DNA of 64,000 bases from Vulcanimicrobiota bacterium (GTDB taxonomy: Bacteria; Vulcanimicrobiota; Vulcanimicrobiia; Vulcanimicrobiales; Vulcanimicrobiaceae): contig OY968762.1 of assembly GCA_963695225.1 (NCBI GenBank), positions 2,816,001 through 2,880,000 of the forward strand, read 5' to 3'. Below the pieces are notes generated by a model, which saw only the letters and a list, made by a program, of their open reading frames with translations, had not been told where the DNA came from and made no database searches. Made by a program: the position numbers and the translations under genes. Each line of letters opens with the position of its first letter. The first letter of the stretch is position 1. This document shows, in pieces, positions 1 to 9,879 of this stretch.

Positions 1-561
1 CGGCCGATACCCGAGTACCCGAATCGGCTCGTCACGCACCGCAGCATCGGCTCGCCGTTGCTCGTGATGGGCTTCGCCGCACCGGCCCCGACGGACCGCG
101 ATTTCGGCGCCATGCTCGTGATCCAGGCGATCCTCGCCGATACGTTCGACCAGCCGCACGGCACCACGCTGCGCTTCATCGAACGGACGGTCGCGCCGCT
201 CTATTCCTACGACGTGCTCCCGGCGAGCCTCGTCCTCTCGGTCAACGGCGCGCGCGTCGATCCGACGATGGCGATGCACGAAATCGGCGCGGTCACGCAC
301 GTCCTCACCGCGCAGAAACTCAAGAATGCGGCGCTCGCGCGCTTCAAGTCGGCCGCGGCCGGCAGCTTCGTCGTCGACGCGCTCGTTCCGGTCGATCGCA
401 GCACGCTGCTCGGCCAGTTGGCGGCGGCGGGCCTCGGCGACGATCCGCTCAATGCGGTCATGGCGGCGATCGACCGCACGACGAGCGCCGACGTCCAGCG
501 CGCGGCGAAGCGGTATCTGCAACGCACGATCGTCGCGATCGTCTTGCCGCGCGACGATTAG
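1..561 (+). CDS. M16 (insulinase) family peptidase-like protein, C-terminal part; 5' end outside the window
   Basis: Frame is open from position 1. 'LVMGFAAP..D...AMLVIQAIL' and the C-terminal 'IDRTTSADVQRAAKRYL' are typical of the M16 C-domain. Confidence 0.7.
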   Translation, partial: RPIPEYPNRLVTHRSIGSPLLVMGFAAPAPTDRDFGAMLVIQAILADTFDQPHGTTLRFIERTVAPLYSYDVLPASLVLSVNGARVDPTMAMHEIGAVTHVLTAQKLKNAALARFKSAAAGSFVVDALVPVDRSTLLGQLAAAGLGDDPLNAVMAAIDRTTSADVQRAAKRYLQRTIVAIVLPRDD

Positions 562-590
562 CGCGCGGCGCCGCGCCTGACGCGAGACCG

Positions 591-1709
591 ATGCGGGTCG
601 CACTCGTCCACGATTACCTCAACCAGCGCGGCGGTGCGGAGCGCGTCTTCGCGCACATCGCGCGCGCCTATCCGCAAGCCCCGATCTACACCTCGCTGTT
701 CGATCCGAAGGAGACGGGGGATCTCGTCGAGGCGGCCCGCGTGCACACCTCGGCGTTGCAGCGCATCCCGTTCGCGCAGCGCGCTTTCCGGTATCTGGCG
801 CCGTTCTACCCGAGCGCGTTCGAGCGTTTCGACCTCTCCTCGTACGATCTCGTCGTCAGCTCGACGACGGCGTGGGCGAAGGGCGTCATCACGCGCCCCG
901 ACGCGACGCACGTCTGTTACATCAACACGGTGAGCCGCTTCGCATTCGATTACGAGCGCTACATCGGCGGTTTCGGGGTCGGCCTGCTGGCGCGCCCGGT
1001 CGTCGCCGAGCTGGTCGCCTGGGACCTGCGCGCGGCGCAGCGGCCCACGGCGTTCGTCGCGAACTCGCACAACGTCGCGCGGCGCATCGAGCGCTACTAC
1101 GGGCGCGGAGCGTTCGTGCTGCCCTGCCCCGTCGACGTCGATCGCTTCTCGATCGGCGCGGGCCGCGGCGACTACTTCCTCGTCGTCTCGCGGCTGTTGC
1201 CGTACAAGCGCATCGACCGCGCGATCGCGGCCTGTGCGCTCGCCGGCGTGAAGCTGCGCATCGTCGGAACGGGGCCGGCGCGCGCGGCGCTCGAGCAGGC
1301 CGCGCGCGGCACGGCGACCGAGTTCTGCGGCGGGCTTTCGGATGCCGACCTGCGCGGGACGATGGGCGAGGCGCGGGCGGTGATCCTCCCGGGAGAAGAA
1401 GACTTCGGGCTCGTCCCGATCGAAGCGAACGCCGCCGGACGGCCCGCGATCGCCCTCGGGCGGGGCGGCGCGCTCGAGACGGTGCGGCCCGGCATTACGG
1501 GCGAATTCTTCGCGGAGCCGGCGCCGGAATCGCTCGCCCGAGCGTTGCGCGAATTCGACCCGGCCCGCTACGACGCGGCGACGCTGCGCGCCCATGCGGA
1601 ATCCTTCGCGCCGGCCCAGTTCATCGAACGGCTGCGCGCGCTCGTCGAAGACGTGCGCGCGGGCGCGCGCCCGGGCTCCCCGGCGTTAGCGCTCGGCCAG
1701 CGCTCGTAA
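591..1709 (+). CDS. GT4 glycosyltransferase
   Basis: MRVALVHDYL..GGAERV N-terminus; EEDFGLVPIEA motif. Confidence 0.92.
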   Translation: MRVALVHDYLNQRGGAERVFAHIARAYPQAPIYTSLFDPKETGDLVEAARVHTSALQRIPFAQRAFRYLAPFYPSAFERFDLSSYDLVVSSTTAWAKGVITRPDATHVCYINTVSRFAFDYERYIGGFGVGLLARPVVAELVAWDLRAAQRPTAFVANSHNVARRIERYYGRGAFVLPCPVDVDRFSIGAGRGDYFLVVSRLLPYKRIDRAIAACALAGVKLRIVGTGPARAALEQAARGTATEFCGGLSDADLRGTMGEARAVILPGEEDFGLVPIEANAAGRPAIALGRGGALETVRPGITGEFFAEPAPESLARALREFDPARYDAATLRAHAESFAPAQFIERLRALVEDVRAGARPGSPALALGQRS

Positions 1710-2726
1710 CAGCGCGAGCGTGAGGCGCGCCGGTTCATCGCGATCCGCGGCGGCGTAGCGCGCGCGGCTCTGCGCCGCGAGCTGCGCGCGGCAGCCTTCG
1801 TCGTCGAAGACGCGGCGGATGGCCTTGGCCCAGGCTTCGGCGTCGCGCGGATCGAGCAGCAGCGCGGCGCCGCCCGTCGCCTCGGGGAGCGAGGCCGCGT
1901 TCGCCGCCAGCACCGGGGCGCCGCAGGCCATCGCCTCGACCGCGACGAGCCCGAAGCCTTCCGCGAGCGACGGCACCGCGACGAGCGTCGCGGTGCGGTA
2001 GAGCGCGCGCAGCTCCTCGTCGCTCGCGCGGACGATCGCGTGCGGGACGCCGCGCGCTTGCAGCTGCGCTTTCGCACCGTCCGCGACGTCGCCGACGCAG
2101 ATCAACGTTTCGTCCGGGCCGCGCAGCGCGCGCGCGCACGCCTCGACGAGCAGCGGCGCGTTCTTGCGTTCCTCCCGCAGGCCGACCGCGACGACGGTTC
2201 GCCGTCCGCGGGCGGGTTCGGGGATCGTTCCGGCTTCGCCCGGCATCCAGAACGCGTCGGGCGCGTACCCGATCACGCTGATCCGGCCGGCCGCGACGCC
2301 GAGGCGGCGCTCGATCTCCCCCGCGCTCCAGCGCGAGGGGACGCAGAGGCGCGTCGCATGCCGCGCGCCATGCCGGATCGGGGCCTGTTCGCGCCAGCGC
2401 GCGACGAGATCCGGATGCGCGTACGCGAATGCGAACGCGTCGTTGACGGTCAGCAGCGCCGACGCCGCAGCATCGAAGCGCATCCCGTTCCACGGAAACC
2501 AGACGGCATCGTACGCGCGCGCCGCCCTCGCGCTCGAAGCGCGCGCCGTGCGCGCGCCCCGGCCGCCGAGCGCCTGGGCGATCGCCCGTTCCTCCGCTGC
2601 CGAGCGCCCGAGGAGCGTCAGCTCGAGTGCGGGGTCCGCGAGCCAGTTCGCGATGTAGCCGCGCACGATCCGGCCCATCCCGCGCCGGTCGTTCGGCAGG
2701 TTCGCGGCATCGATCGCGAGGCGCAT
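1686..2726 (-). CDS. GT4 glycosyltransferase
   Basis: RKN motif and PSLAEGFGLVAVEAMACG. Confidence 0.9.
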   Translation of the reverse strand: MRLAIDAANLPNDRRGMGRIVRGYIANWLADPALELTLLGRSAAEERAIAQALGGRGARTARASSARAARAYDAVWFPWNGMRFDAAASALLTVNDAFAFAYAHPDLVARWREQAPIRHGARHATRLCVPSRWSAGEIERRLGVAAGRISVIGYAPDAFWMPGEAGTIPEPARGRRTVVAVGLREERKNAPLLVEACARALRGPDETLICVGDVADGAKAQLQARGVPHAIVRASDEELRALYRTATLVAVPSLAEGFGLVAVEAMACGAPVLAANAASLPEATGGAALLLDPRDAEAWAKAIRRVFDDEGCRAQLAAQSRARYAAADRDEPARLTLALLRALAER

Positions 2727-2727
2727 G

Positions 2728-3510
2728 CTAGGCGTCGACGTGGAAAACGATGATTGCGATCACCGAGACGGAGTTGAAGAGCGCGTGCGTGATCACGTTG
2801 GACCAGTAGCAGGTCGAGCGCGCGTAGACGAATGCGAGCACGATGCCGCCGAGCGCGAGCGGGAGCGCGAAAACGAGGATGTCGAGCGCGGACGACGAGA
2901 CGTGGATGAGGCCGAAGAGGAGGCCGCTGAGGATCGCGCCGGCCCAAAAACCGCCGTAGCGGGCGACGGCGTTGAAGATGAAAGCGCGGAAGACGAGCTC
3001 TTCGGTGATCGGGGCGAGCACGCAGGCCAAGAGGACGAACGCCGCGAGCTGCCACGGCTGGTGCAGCCCCTTCAAGAGCGCGAGCGCGGCTTCGGGGTGC
3101 GTCGCGTGGGTGAGGCTCTGCATGAGCGCCGAGAGCGGATTCGTGACGAGCAGCATCGCGAGCGCTCCGGCGATGCCGATGCCGATCTCCCGCACCTTCG
3201 GCGTTCGGATGCCGAGCTCGGCGAGGGAGCGTTTGGCGAGGAACGGCAACGTGGCGAGGAGGTAGAGGGCGACGGAGAGATCGCCGGCGCCGGCCAAGAC
3301 GAGCTGCGCGCTGGGCGTGAGATGCTGCTTCCCGCCGACGTGGATGCCTAACGCGTAGAGGATCGCGACCGCGACGAACTGCGAGGCGAACACGGTGCAC
3401 AGGGTCCCCGCCAGCACGAGCAGGGAGAGCCGGACGTCGAAGCCCCTACGTTCGTTGAACGAGGGCGTCGGCGAGTTGCGCGAAGGCGTCCAGATCGAAG
3501 TGTTCTCCAC
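2728..3510 (-). CDS. CPBP (CAAX/Abi) intramembrane metalloprotease; start uncertain
   Basis: EELVFR, FGLIH and HALFN motifs; multiple TM segments. Confidence 0.9.
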   Translation of the reverse strand: MENTSIWTPSRNSPTPSFNERRGFDVRLSLLVLAGTLCTVFASQFVAVAILYALGIHVGGKQHLTPSAQLVLAGAGDLSVALYLLATLPFLAKRSLAELGIRTPKVREIGIGIAGALAMLLVTNPLSALMQSLTHATHPEAALALLKGLHQPWQLAAFVLLACVLAPITEELVFRAFIFNAVARYGGFWAGAILSGLLFGLIHVSSSALDILVFALPLALGGIVLAFVYARSTCYWSNVITHALFNSVSVIAIIVFHVDA

Positions 3511-4264
3511 GGATCTCCGTATCGCGCCCGAGCGTCGTCAGGGCCGCTTGCGTGCGCTCGCGCGGAATGCCGAGCGCCAAGGCCAGGCTGTTCGCCAGCG
3601 TCTTGCGGCGGTACGCGAACGCGGCGCGGACGACCTGCAGCATGAACGCCCGGTCGCGCGTCTCGACCGGCGGCGTCGCGCGGCGCCGCATGACGACGAC
3701 TGCGCTATCGACGCGCGGGCGCGGGTAGAAGACCTCGGGGCCGAGCGCGAACGCGCGCTCGACCTGCATCGTGTACTGCACGGCCAACGTCAGGCTTCCG
3801 TACGCCGGCGTCGCCGGTTTCGCGGTGAACCGTTCCGCGACGTCCTTCTGCACCATCGCGACGATGCGCTCCGGCGGATTCGAAAGGCCGAGCCACAGCA
3901 GGATCAGCGGCGTAGCGACGTTGTAGGGAAGATTCCCCGCCGCGCACCACGCGCCGCCCTGTGCGAGCGCGCCGTAATCGACGGCGAGCGCGTCGGCGCA
4001 GTCGATCTCCACGCCGCGCAGATCCTCGCGCTCGCGCAAGATCGCGACGAGATCCGGATCGATCTCGATGGCGGCGACGCGCGCTTCCAGCTTCGCGAGT
4101 TGCGCGGTCAGCGCGCCGGTGCCGGCTCCGATCTCGACGACGAGCGGCAAACCCTCGCAGAGTCTCGCGATGCGCGCGGCGGCGCCGCCGTCCATCAGGA
4201 AGTGTTGGCCGAGATGTTTCTTGGGACGCAAATCGCGCGCACCGAGAAGTGCGCGCGCGTGCAT
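3446..4264 (-). CDS. rsmA: 16S rRNA m6,2A dimethyltransferase RsmA/KsgA
   Basis: KKHLGQHFL, EIGAGTG, NLPYN, PRPRVDS and RRKTL motifs; ATG at 4264. Confidence 0.95.
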   Translation of the reverse strand: MHARALLGARDLRPKKHLGQHFLMDGGAAARIARLCEGLPLVVEIGAGTGALTAQLAKLEARVAAIEIDPDLVAILREREDLRGVEIDCADALAVDYGALAQGGAWCAAGNLPYNVATPLILLWLGLSNPPERIVAMVQKDVAERFTAKPATPAYGSLTLAVQYTMQVERAFALGPEVFYPRPRVDSAVVVMRRRATPPVETRDRAFMLQVVRAAFAYRRKTLANSLALALGIPRERTQAALTTLGRDTEIRGEHFDLDAFAQLADALVQRT

Positions 4265-4283
4265 CGATTCGCCGCCGCCGGGC

Positions 4284-5318
4284 TTATTGCGCAACGATAT
4301 AGACGGTGATCTCGCGCCGGCCGAAGCGCAGCGCATCGCCGAGATGGTTGAAGCCGAGATCGATGCGGCGTCCGTTGATCGCGCTGCCGACGTCGCCGGC
4401 GACCGCGTGCCCGTATCCCGGAATGTACAGTTTCGTGCCGAGCGGGATCACCCGCGGATCGACCGCGACGACGCCGTGCCCAGCGGGCAAACCGGTCTTC
4501 GTGATTCCGCTGCAGCCGTAGCATTGCGGGATGTAGGCCGTCGCGATCATCCGCAGCGCCGTGCCCGCGATCGAAAGCGTCGTCGAGATCCCTTCCCTCG
4601 CGAGTTCCGCGAACGCTTCGTATTCCCCGAGGCCGCGCACGACCACGCGCGTTTTCGGAGCGCGCGCGATCCTCGTTCCGACGAGCGTGCGCACCGGCGG
4701 ATCCGTGCCGCGCTGTTCGAAATGATAGACCGTCTCTTTCACGCCGTCGGCACCGGGCTCGAGGACCTGCGTGCGGCCGGGCGCGACGGTCGCTTCGAGG
4801 CGCTGCTCCGTGCGGCGCGGGATCGCGCTTGCCTGCGTTTCGTTCCACGCGCTCACGTGCGTCACGGAGATCGCGTTCTCGGCGGCCGCGCGTTGCGACG
4901 GCGCGGGTTCGACTTCGTCGAGCGGGCCGAGTTGGACGTGTGCGGCCGCAAGCACGTCGGAGACGTTCTGCGCCACGGTCGTGACGGCCGTCTCCTTCCC
5001 GTCGACGAGGACGCGGTACGTAGTGCCGATTCGATACTCGATCGTCATCCCGTCCGCGAGCGCCGTGCCCCTCGCGGGGTTGAGGATATCCCCGTCCGCC
5101 GGAGCGATCTTCCGTTCCCGGAGGAATTGCTCGACGGTTGCGGCGGGGGTCTCGAATTTCGCCGGGGTGCCGTTCTCGACGAGGGTCACGGCGTGCGTCG
5201 CGGCTGCGTGGGTCTTAGCGGACGCGGGCGACACGCTCGCCGGGGCAACGAATAGGCACGCGCCCAGCGCGGCCATTATTGGAATCGGAATACGTACTGA
5301 TGGGTGGCTTTCGATCAA
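4284..5318 (-). CDS. Secreted DUF348/G5/3D-domain cell-wall protein (YabE-like)
   Basis: Signal peptide; two ubiquitin-like repeats; G5 region (PGADG); 3D motifs ATAY, AVDPRVIPLG, AGDVG, IDL; yabE-ksgA synteny. Confidence 0.88.
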   Translation of the reverse strand: MIESHPSVRIPIPIMAALGACLFVAPASVSPASAKTHAAATHAVTLVENGTPAKFETPAATVEQFLRERKIAPADGDILNPARGTALADGMTIEYRIGTTYRVLVDGKETAVTTVAQNVSDVLAAAHVQLGPLDEVEPAPSQRAAAENAISVTHVSAWNETQASAIPRRTEQRLEATVAPGRTQVLEPGADGVKETVYHFEQRGTDPPVRTLVGTRIARAPKTRVVVRGLGEYEAFAELAREGISTTLSIAGTALRMIATAYIPQCYGCSGITKTGLPAGHGVVAVDPRVIPLGTKLYIPGYGHAVAGDVGSAINGRRIDLGFNHLGDALRFGRREITVYIVAQ

Positions 5319-5485
5319 CGCGGCTCCTCTCCGGATGCACGCACGACGACAACAAGCTTCGGCGGCGCACTGCCGCAGCTATCCTCGATGAATCTCGGGC
5401 GGAATCGCCTCTGTAAGGTAGCGGTTGACGAACTGAGCTCGGTCGCCGGGTGCTACACCGGCATCCAAGCGCCGGGACTTCGCCG

Positions 5486-5522
5486 AAGATAGCACACGCG
5501 TTCGTAGGCCGTCAATTTGACT
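5486..5522. promoter_or_regulatory. Back-to-back sigma70-type promoters
   Basis: Minus strand: TTGACG (5515-5510), 18 nt, TATCTT preceded by TGn. Plus strand: TTGACT at 5517-5522 with only a weak -10. Confidence 0.5.
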
Positions 5523-5555
5523 TTTGTCTCATTTTCGTGTAGGCGCGCGCTCGTT

Positions 5556-5564
5556 TGTGGATAA
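5556..5564 (-). promoter_or_regulatory. Perfect DnaA box TTATCCACA
   Basis: TGTGGATAA on the + strand, just upstream of the probable GT4 start. Confidence 0.45.
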
Positions 5565-5583
5565 CTTTTCCGGAGTGGCGGGT

Positions 5584-6699
5584 TTGCGCGTCGGTTTGTT
5601 CACGGAATGCTACCACCCCATACGAAACGGCGTCGTCGCCGCCGTCGACGCGCTCGCCGGGACGTTGCGCGCGCGCGGACACGAGGTCGTTTACGTCACG
5701 CCGAAGATGCCGGGTTTCGTCAACGAATCGCGCGACGTCGTCACGGTTCCGTCGATGCCGCTCCCGGCGAACACGGCGTATCGCTTGACCGTTCCGATGC
5801 CGTCGCGCAAACGGCGCGACGCGATGAAGCGGCTCTCGATCGTGCACGCGCATTCGCCGTTCGTAACGGGCTGGATGGGCGTGAGCTGCGCGCGGCGCTA
5901 CGGCGTTCCGCTCGTGTTCACGTATCACACGCTGCTCGAGGAATACGTGCATTACGTCCCGATCGAAGCGAACGCGGCGCGGCGCGCGACGGGCGAATTG
6001 ACGCGCATCTACGCGAATTCCGCGGACGCCGTGATCGTGCCGACGCGGACGATGGCGGAACATCTGCGCGAGCTGGGCGTGACGCGCGCGATCGACGTGA
6101 TCCCGACCGGCATCGACCTCGCGCAGTTCGGCGGGGCCGCGCGCAGCGAGGCGTTGCGCGCGAAACTCGGCGCGCAGCCGCACGAGACGCTCGTCCTCTC
6201 CGTCGGCAGGCTCGCGCGCGAAAAAGACATGCACGTCGTGCTCCAAGCGTTCGCGCGCCTTCCCGCCGCCGGGATGCGCCTCGCGATCGCCGGCGACGGC
6301 CCCGAACGCGAGCGGCTCGAGCACGAGGCCGAGCGGCTCGGGATCGCGGCGCGGACCGTCTTCGCGGGCGAACTTGCGCGCGACGAACTCCCCGCGGTGT
6401 ATGCCGCGGCGGATGCGTTCGCGTTCGCGAGCCGCAGCGAAACGCAAGGATTGGTCCTGGTCGAGGCCATGGCGGCCGGTTTGCCCGTCGCCGCCGTCGA
6501 GAGCGCGCCGACCCGCGAGGTCTTGGGCGGCGCGGGAACGCTCGCCGGCCCCGACCCGGCGCAGCTCGCCGCCGCGATCCTCGAGGCGCTCGCGGCCAAG
6601 GATCCCGGGCGCTCGCGAGCCGTCGCCGCGGGCTTCGAGCGGGACCACCTCGGCTCGCGGGTGATCGAAGTGTACGAACGCGTATTGGCACACCGTTGA
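5584..6699 (+). CDS. GT4 glycosyltransferase (diacylglycerol glucosyltransferase-like)
   Basis: RVGLFTECYHP..NGV, HAHSPF, TYHT and SETQGLVLVEAMAAG motifs; TTG at 5584 after GGAG. Confidence 0.88.
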   Translation: MRVGLFTECYHPIRNGVVAAVDALAGTLRARGHEVVYVTPKMPGFVNESRDVVTVPSMPLPANTAYRLTVPMPSRKRRDAMKRLSIVHAHSPFVTGWMGVSCARRYGVPLVFTYHTLLEEYVHYVPIEANAARRATGELTRIYANSADAVIVPTRTMAEHLRELGVTRAIDVIPTGIDLAQFGGAARSEALRAKLGAQPHETLVLSVGRLAREKDMHVVLQAFARLPAAGMRLAIAGDGPERERLEHEAERLGIAARTVFAGELARDELPAVYAAADAFAFASRSETQGLVLVEAMAAGLPVAAVESAPTREVLGGAGTLAGPDPAQLAAAILEALAAKDPGRSRAVAAGFERDHLGSRVIEVYERVLAHR

Positions 6700-6725
6700 C
6701 ATCGAACGTCTGTTCGATATAGAAT
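6696..6725 (+). promoter_or_regulatory. sigma70 promoter with a LexA (SOS) box between -35 and -10
   Basis: TTGACA 6696-6701; CGAAC-GTCT-GTTCG 6703-6716; TAGAAT 6720-6725. Confidence 0.85.
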
Positions 6726-6747
6726 GGACGTGAGGGAGGGAAGCACG

Positions 6748-7182
6748 ATGTCGAACAAAGATGCCGCCCCCGCTCCAATCGCCGTCACGGTCGCCTACGC
6801 GGCCGATGCGCAAGGGACCGGCCTCGCATATGCCCTGGTGCGCGGCGCCCAACGCGAACGAGTCCTGCGGGTTCCGTTCCGGGTCCGCCCCGTCCCCGGC
6901 CTCGGCGGCCGCGAAAACGGATACGCCGCCTTGCGCGCCGTGGCTGCGGAATTACGCGAACGCGGCGTGAAAGCCGTCTCGCTCCGCGTCGACGATGCCG
7001 AACTCGTCCGCGACATCCGCGAACGGCGCGATCTCCCCACGGTGCTGACGGTGCCGTACGTCGCCGTCCGCTGCGCGCTCAATCGCTTCGCGTTCGCCGA
7101 GGTCGCCCTCGGCGACGACGAGCGCGGGCGCGATCTCGCCGCTCGCGCGCGAGCCGAAGTCACGCTCAACCTCGCCGCCTGA
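6748..7182 (+). CDS. RNase HI-like fold protein, probably catalytically degenerate
   Basis: 'ENGYAALRAVAAELRERGVKAVSLRVDDAELV' aligns by eye with RNase HI 'NxAEYxAL..GL..A...G...V.V.GDS.LV'; SD GGGAGGG. Confidence 0.6.
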   Translation: MSNKDAAPAPIAVTVAYAADAQGTGLAYALVRGAQRERVLRVPFRVRPVPGLGGRENGYAALRAVAAELRERGVKAVSLRVDDAELVRDIRERRDLPTVLTVPYVAVRCALNRFAFAEVALGDDERGRDLAARARAEVTLNLAA

Positions 7183-7775
7183 TCTCCACCCTGCAACCGC
7201 TCTCCCGCGCCGACCTCCCGGCCGACACGCTCTCGCTCGCGCGCCTCTTGGTCGGCGCGACGCTCGTGCGCGCGAGCGCGGCGGGTGCGATCGCGGTGCG
7301 CATCCTCGAAACGGAGGCGTATCCGCCGAACGATCCCGCCTCGCACGCGTATCGCGGAGAAACCGCACGGAATCGCGCGATGTTCCTCGAGCGCGGTTTT
7401 GCGTACGTCTATTTCATCTATGGAAGTTCGTATTGCCTGAACGTCTCGTCCGAGACGCCGGGCACGGGCGCAGCAGTCCTCCTGCGCGCGGCGGAGCCGC
7501 TCGCAGGCCGGGACGAGATCGTGCGCTTGCGCGGCGGCGATCGAGGGCGCGACCTGTTGCGCGGCCCGGGGCGTCTCTGCGCCGGGCTCGCGATCGATCG
7601 CGAGCTCGACGGCGTCGATCTGTGCCGCGGCGAGGGACCGCTGTGGCTCGCGCGGGGCGCTGCGCCGGCGGAGATCGGCACGTCGCCGCGCATCGGGCTG
7701 ACGCGCGCGCCGGAACCGGCCTGGCGTTTCTACGAGCGGGCGAATCCGCTCGTGAGCGGACGCAAGCTCGACTGA
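7179..7775 (+). CDS. DNA-3-methyladenine glycosylase (AAG/MPG family); possible CTG start
   Basis: ETEAY, DPASHAYRG, YVYFIYG, CLNV, AVLLRA, GPGRLC and PRIG motifs. Confidence 0.92.
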   Translation: MISTLQPLSRADLPADTLSLARLLVGATLVRASAAGAIAVRILETEAYPPNDPASHAYRGETARNRAMFLERGFAYVYFIYGSSYCLNVSSETPGTGAAVLLRAAEPLAGRDEIVRLRGGDRGRDLLRGPGRLCAGLAIDRELDGVDLCRGEGPLWLARGAAPAEIGTSPRIGLTRAPEPAWRFYERANPLVSGRKLD

Positions 7776-7863
7776 CGTTCGAGCGCGAAGCGCCGGGCGC
7801 CCGACGTCGTTGCCCGGGGGGTGGGCGTGTGGTATCGTCGGAACGATCTTGCGCATGCCCACG

Positions 7864-8595
7864 ATGCGACTGCAACGTTACGTTGCCCATGCAGGTGTTG
7901 CTTCACGCCGTTCGGCGGAGGAGTTGATCGCGCGCGGGCAGGTGCGCGTGAACGGCGAGATCGTGCGCGAGCCCGGCCGTCAGGTCGGCGAAGGCGACGT
8001 CGTCGATATCGCGGGGATAGGGCGCGCCGTCCCCGCCGCTCCGCAGTACCTCGTGATGCACAAGCCCGTCGGCGTCGTGACGACCATGCACGACCCGCAG
8101 GGGCGGCGGACGATCGCCTCGCTCCTGCCGAAAGGCGGTCCGCGAATCGTCCCGGTGGGCCGGCTCGATTACGATACGTCCGGCGTGCTGCTGTTGACGA
8201 ACGACGGCGATCTCGCCCACGTGCTGACGCATCCCCGCTTCGGCGTCGAGAAGACGTATCGCGCCGTGATTCGCGGGCGCCTCTCGCCGGAAGCGGTGCG
8301 CGCGTTGCTCGCCGGCGTGCAACTCGAAGACGGTCCGGCGGCGCCCGCGAAGGTGCGCGTCGTCGCCGCCCGGCGCGATACCGGGGTCATCGACATCTCG
8401 CTGCACGAAGGGCGCAACCGTCAAGTCCGCCGGATGCTCGAAGCGGTCGGGCATCCCGTTCTCTCGCTCGTGCGGACGCGTTTCGGCCCGCTCTCGCTCG
8501 GAGCGCTCGCCGCGGGCGAGACGCGCGAGCCGACCGCCCGCGAAATCTCGGCGTTGCGCGCGATCGCCGGCGCCGCGGAGGAATCCTCACCGTGA
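7864..8595 (+). CDS. rluB: Pseudouridine synthase, RluB/RsuA family
   Basis: S4 domain (MRLQRY..SRR); GRLD catalytic motif; [10 protein letters not shown]. Confidence 0.9.
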   Translation: MRLQRYVAHAGVASRRSAEELIARGQVRVNGEIVREPGRQVGEGDVVDIAGIGRAVPAAPQYLVMHKPVGVVTTMHDPQGRRTIASLLPKGGPRIVPVGRLDYDTSGVLLLTNDGDLAHVLTHPRFGVEKTYRAVIRGRLSPEAVRALLAGVQLEDGPAAPAKVRVVAARRDTGVIDISLHEGRNRQVRRMLEAVGHPVLSLVRTRFGPLSLGALAAGETREPTAREISALRAIAGAAEESSP

Positions 8596-8981
8596 GTACC
8601 ATCCTGTTGCGCGGCGTGCGCGGCGCGACGTCGGCCGCCGCGAACGATGCCGAATCGATCCTGAGCGCGACGGAAGAGCTCTTGCGCGAGATCGTGCGCG
8701 AGAACGAGATCGAGCTCGAGAGCATCGCCTCGGCGCTCTTCACGGTCACGCCGGATCTGACCGCGGTCTTTCCGGCGGCCGCCGCTCGGCGCATCGGCTG
8801 GGCGCTGGTCCCGCTGTTGAACTTCACGGAGATCGGCGTCCCGGGGGGCCTGCCGCGCTGCATCCGCGTCTTGCTGCACGTGAATACGGATCGCTCCCAG
8901 AGCGAGATCGTCCACGTCTACCTCCACGAGGCACGCGTGCTGCGCCCCGACCTGCAGCGCAAAGACGGCGAAACGACGTGA
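8592..8981 (+). CDS. aroH: Chorismate mutase, AroH class
   Basis: RGVRGAT, FPAAAAR, PRCIRVL and LRPDL motifs; GTGA overlap with the upstream gene. Confidence 0.92.
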   Translation: MSTILLRGVRGATSAAANDAESILSATEELLREIVRENEIELESIASALFTVTPDLTAVFPAAAARRIGWALVPLLNFTEIGVPGGLPRCIRVLLHVNTDRSQSEIVHVYLHEARVLRPDLQRKDGETT

Positions 8982-8984
8982 TCT

Positions 8985-9839
8985 TTGCCGCCTGAACGCC
9001 TCGGGATCCTCGGGACCGGGCTGATCGGGGCCTCGATCGGCCTGCGCGCGCGCACGCTCGGCTTCCACGTCAGCGGCGCGGACGCGTTGCCGGAACGCGC
9101 CGAGCGGGCGCGGGCCCGAGGCGCGCTCGACGCGGTGATCGCCGATCCGGCCGCCCTGGCCTCCGCGGTCGATACGCTCGTGGTCGCGCTCCCGCTCGAT
9201 GCGACGTGCGCGTATCTTGCGAACTTCCCGCGGACGAGGACGCACGGGCGGCCGCGCCTCGTCCTCGACGTCGCCTCCCTCAAGCTGCCGGTCGTCGTCG
9301 CGGCGGCCGGGATTCCGGGCTTCGTCGCGACGCATCCGATCGCAGGCTCCGAGGCGAGCGGACCGGACGCGGCCCGCGCCGACCTGTTCGCGGGGCGCGT
9401 CTGGGCGCTCGTCCCGGACGGCGACCCGGCTGCGTTCGGGAGCGCGCGCGCGTTCGTCGAACGTCTCGGCGCCCGCGTCTTGACGATCGATGCCGCCGAA
9501 CACGACCGCATCCTCGCTTTCACCTCGCACGTTCCCCAGGTGCTGGCGGTCGCGCTCGGTGCCGAACTGCGGGAGCGGCATGGGGAGGTTGCGCTCGAGG
9601 CGCTCTGCGGGCCGGGAATCCGCTCGATGACCCGCCTCGGCGGATCTTCGTGGGCGATGTGGGAACCGCTGCTCGCCGCGGCCGCGCCGCAGGTCGCGCA
9701 GGAAGTTCGGCGGCTCATCGCCATACTGTCCGACGTCGCGCTTGCGCTCGACGCGGGCGATCTCGGCCACGTCGCGAGCCGGTTCGACGCGGCGGCTGCG
9801 GCCGTCGCGGACCTGCGCTCGAACGAAGGTCCGCCCTGA
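8985..9839 (+). CDS. tyrA: Prephenate/arogenate dehydrogenase
   Basis: GTGLIG, DVASLK, HPIAG and HD...A..SH.PQ motifs. Confidence 0.9.
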   Translation: MPPERLGILGTGLIGASIGLRARTLGFHVSGADALPERAERARARGALDAVIADPAALASAVDTLVVALPLDATCAYLANFPRTRTHGRPRLVLDVASLKLPVVVAAAGIPGFVATHPIAGSEASGPDAARADLFAGRVWALVPDGDPAAFGSARAFVERLGARVLTIDAAEHDRILAFTSHVPQVLAVALGAELRERHGEVALEALCGPGIRSMTRLGGSSWAMWEPLLAAAAPQVAQEVRRLIAILSDVALALDAGDLGHVASRFDAAAAAVADLRSNEGPP

Positions 9840-9879
9840 CCCGTTGAGAGATCGTCCGCCGCACTCTTTCGAGGTATCG

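Noticed and set aside
5357..5488. 6S RNA or c-di-AMP riboswitch
   Set aside because: Consensus motifs not found; one arm of the 8-bp inverted repeat overlaps the predicted -10.
5556..5564. Replication origin
   Set aside because: A single DnaA box with no box cluster or dnaA/dnaN context.
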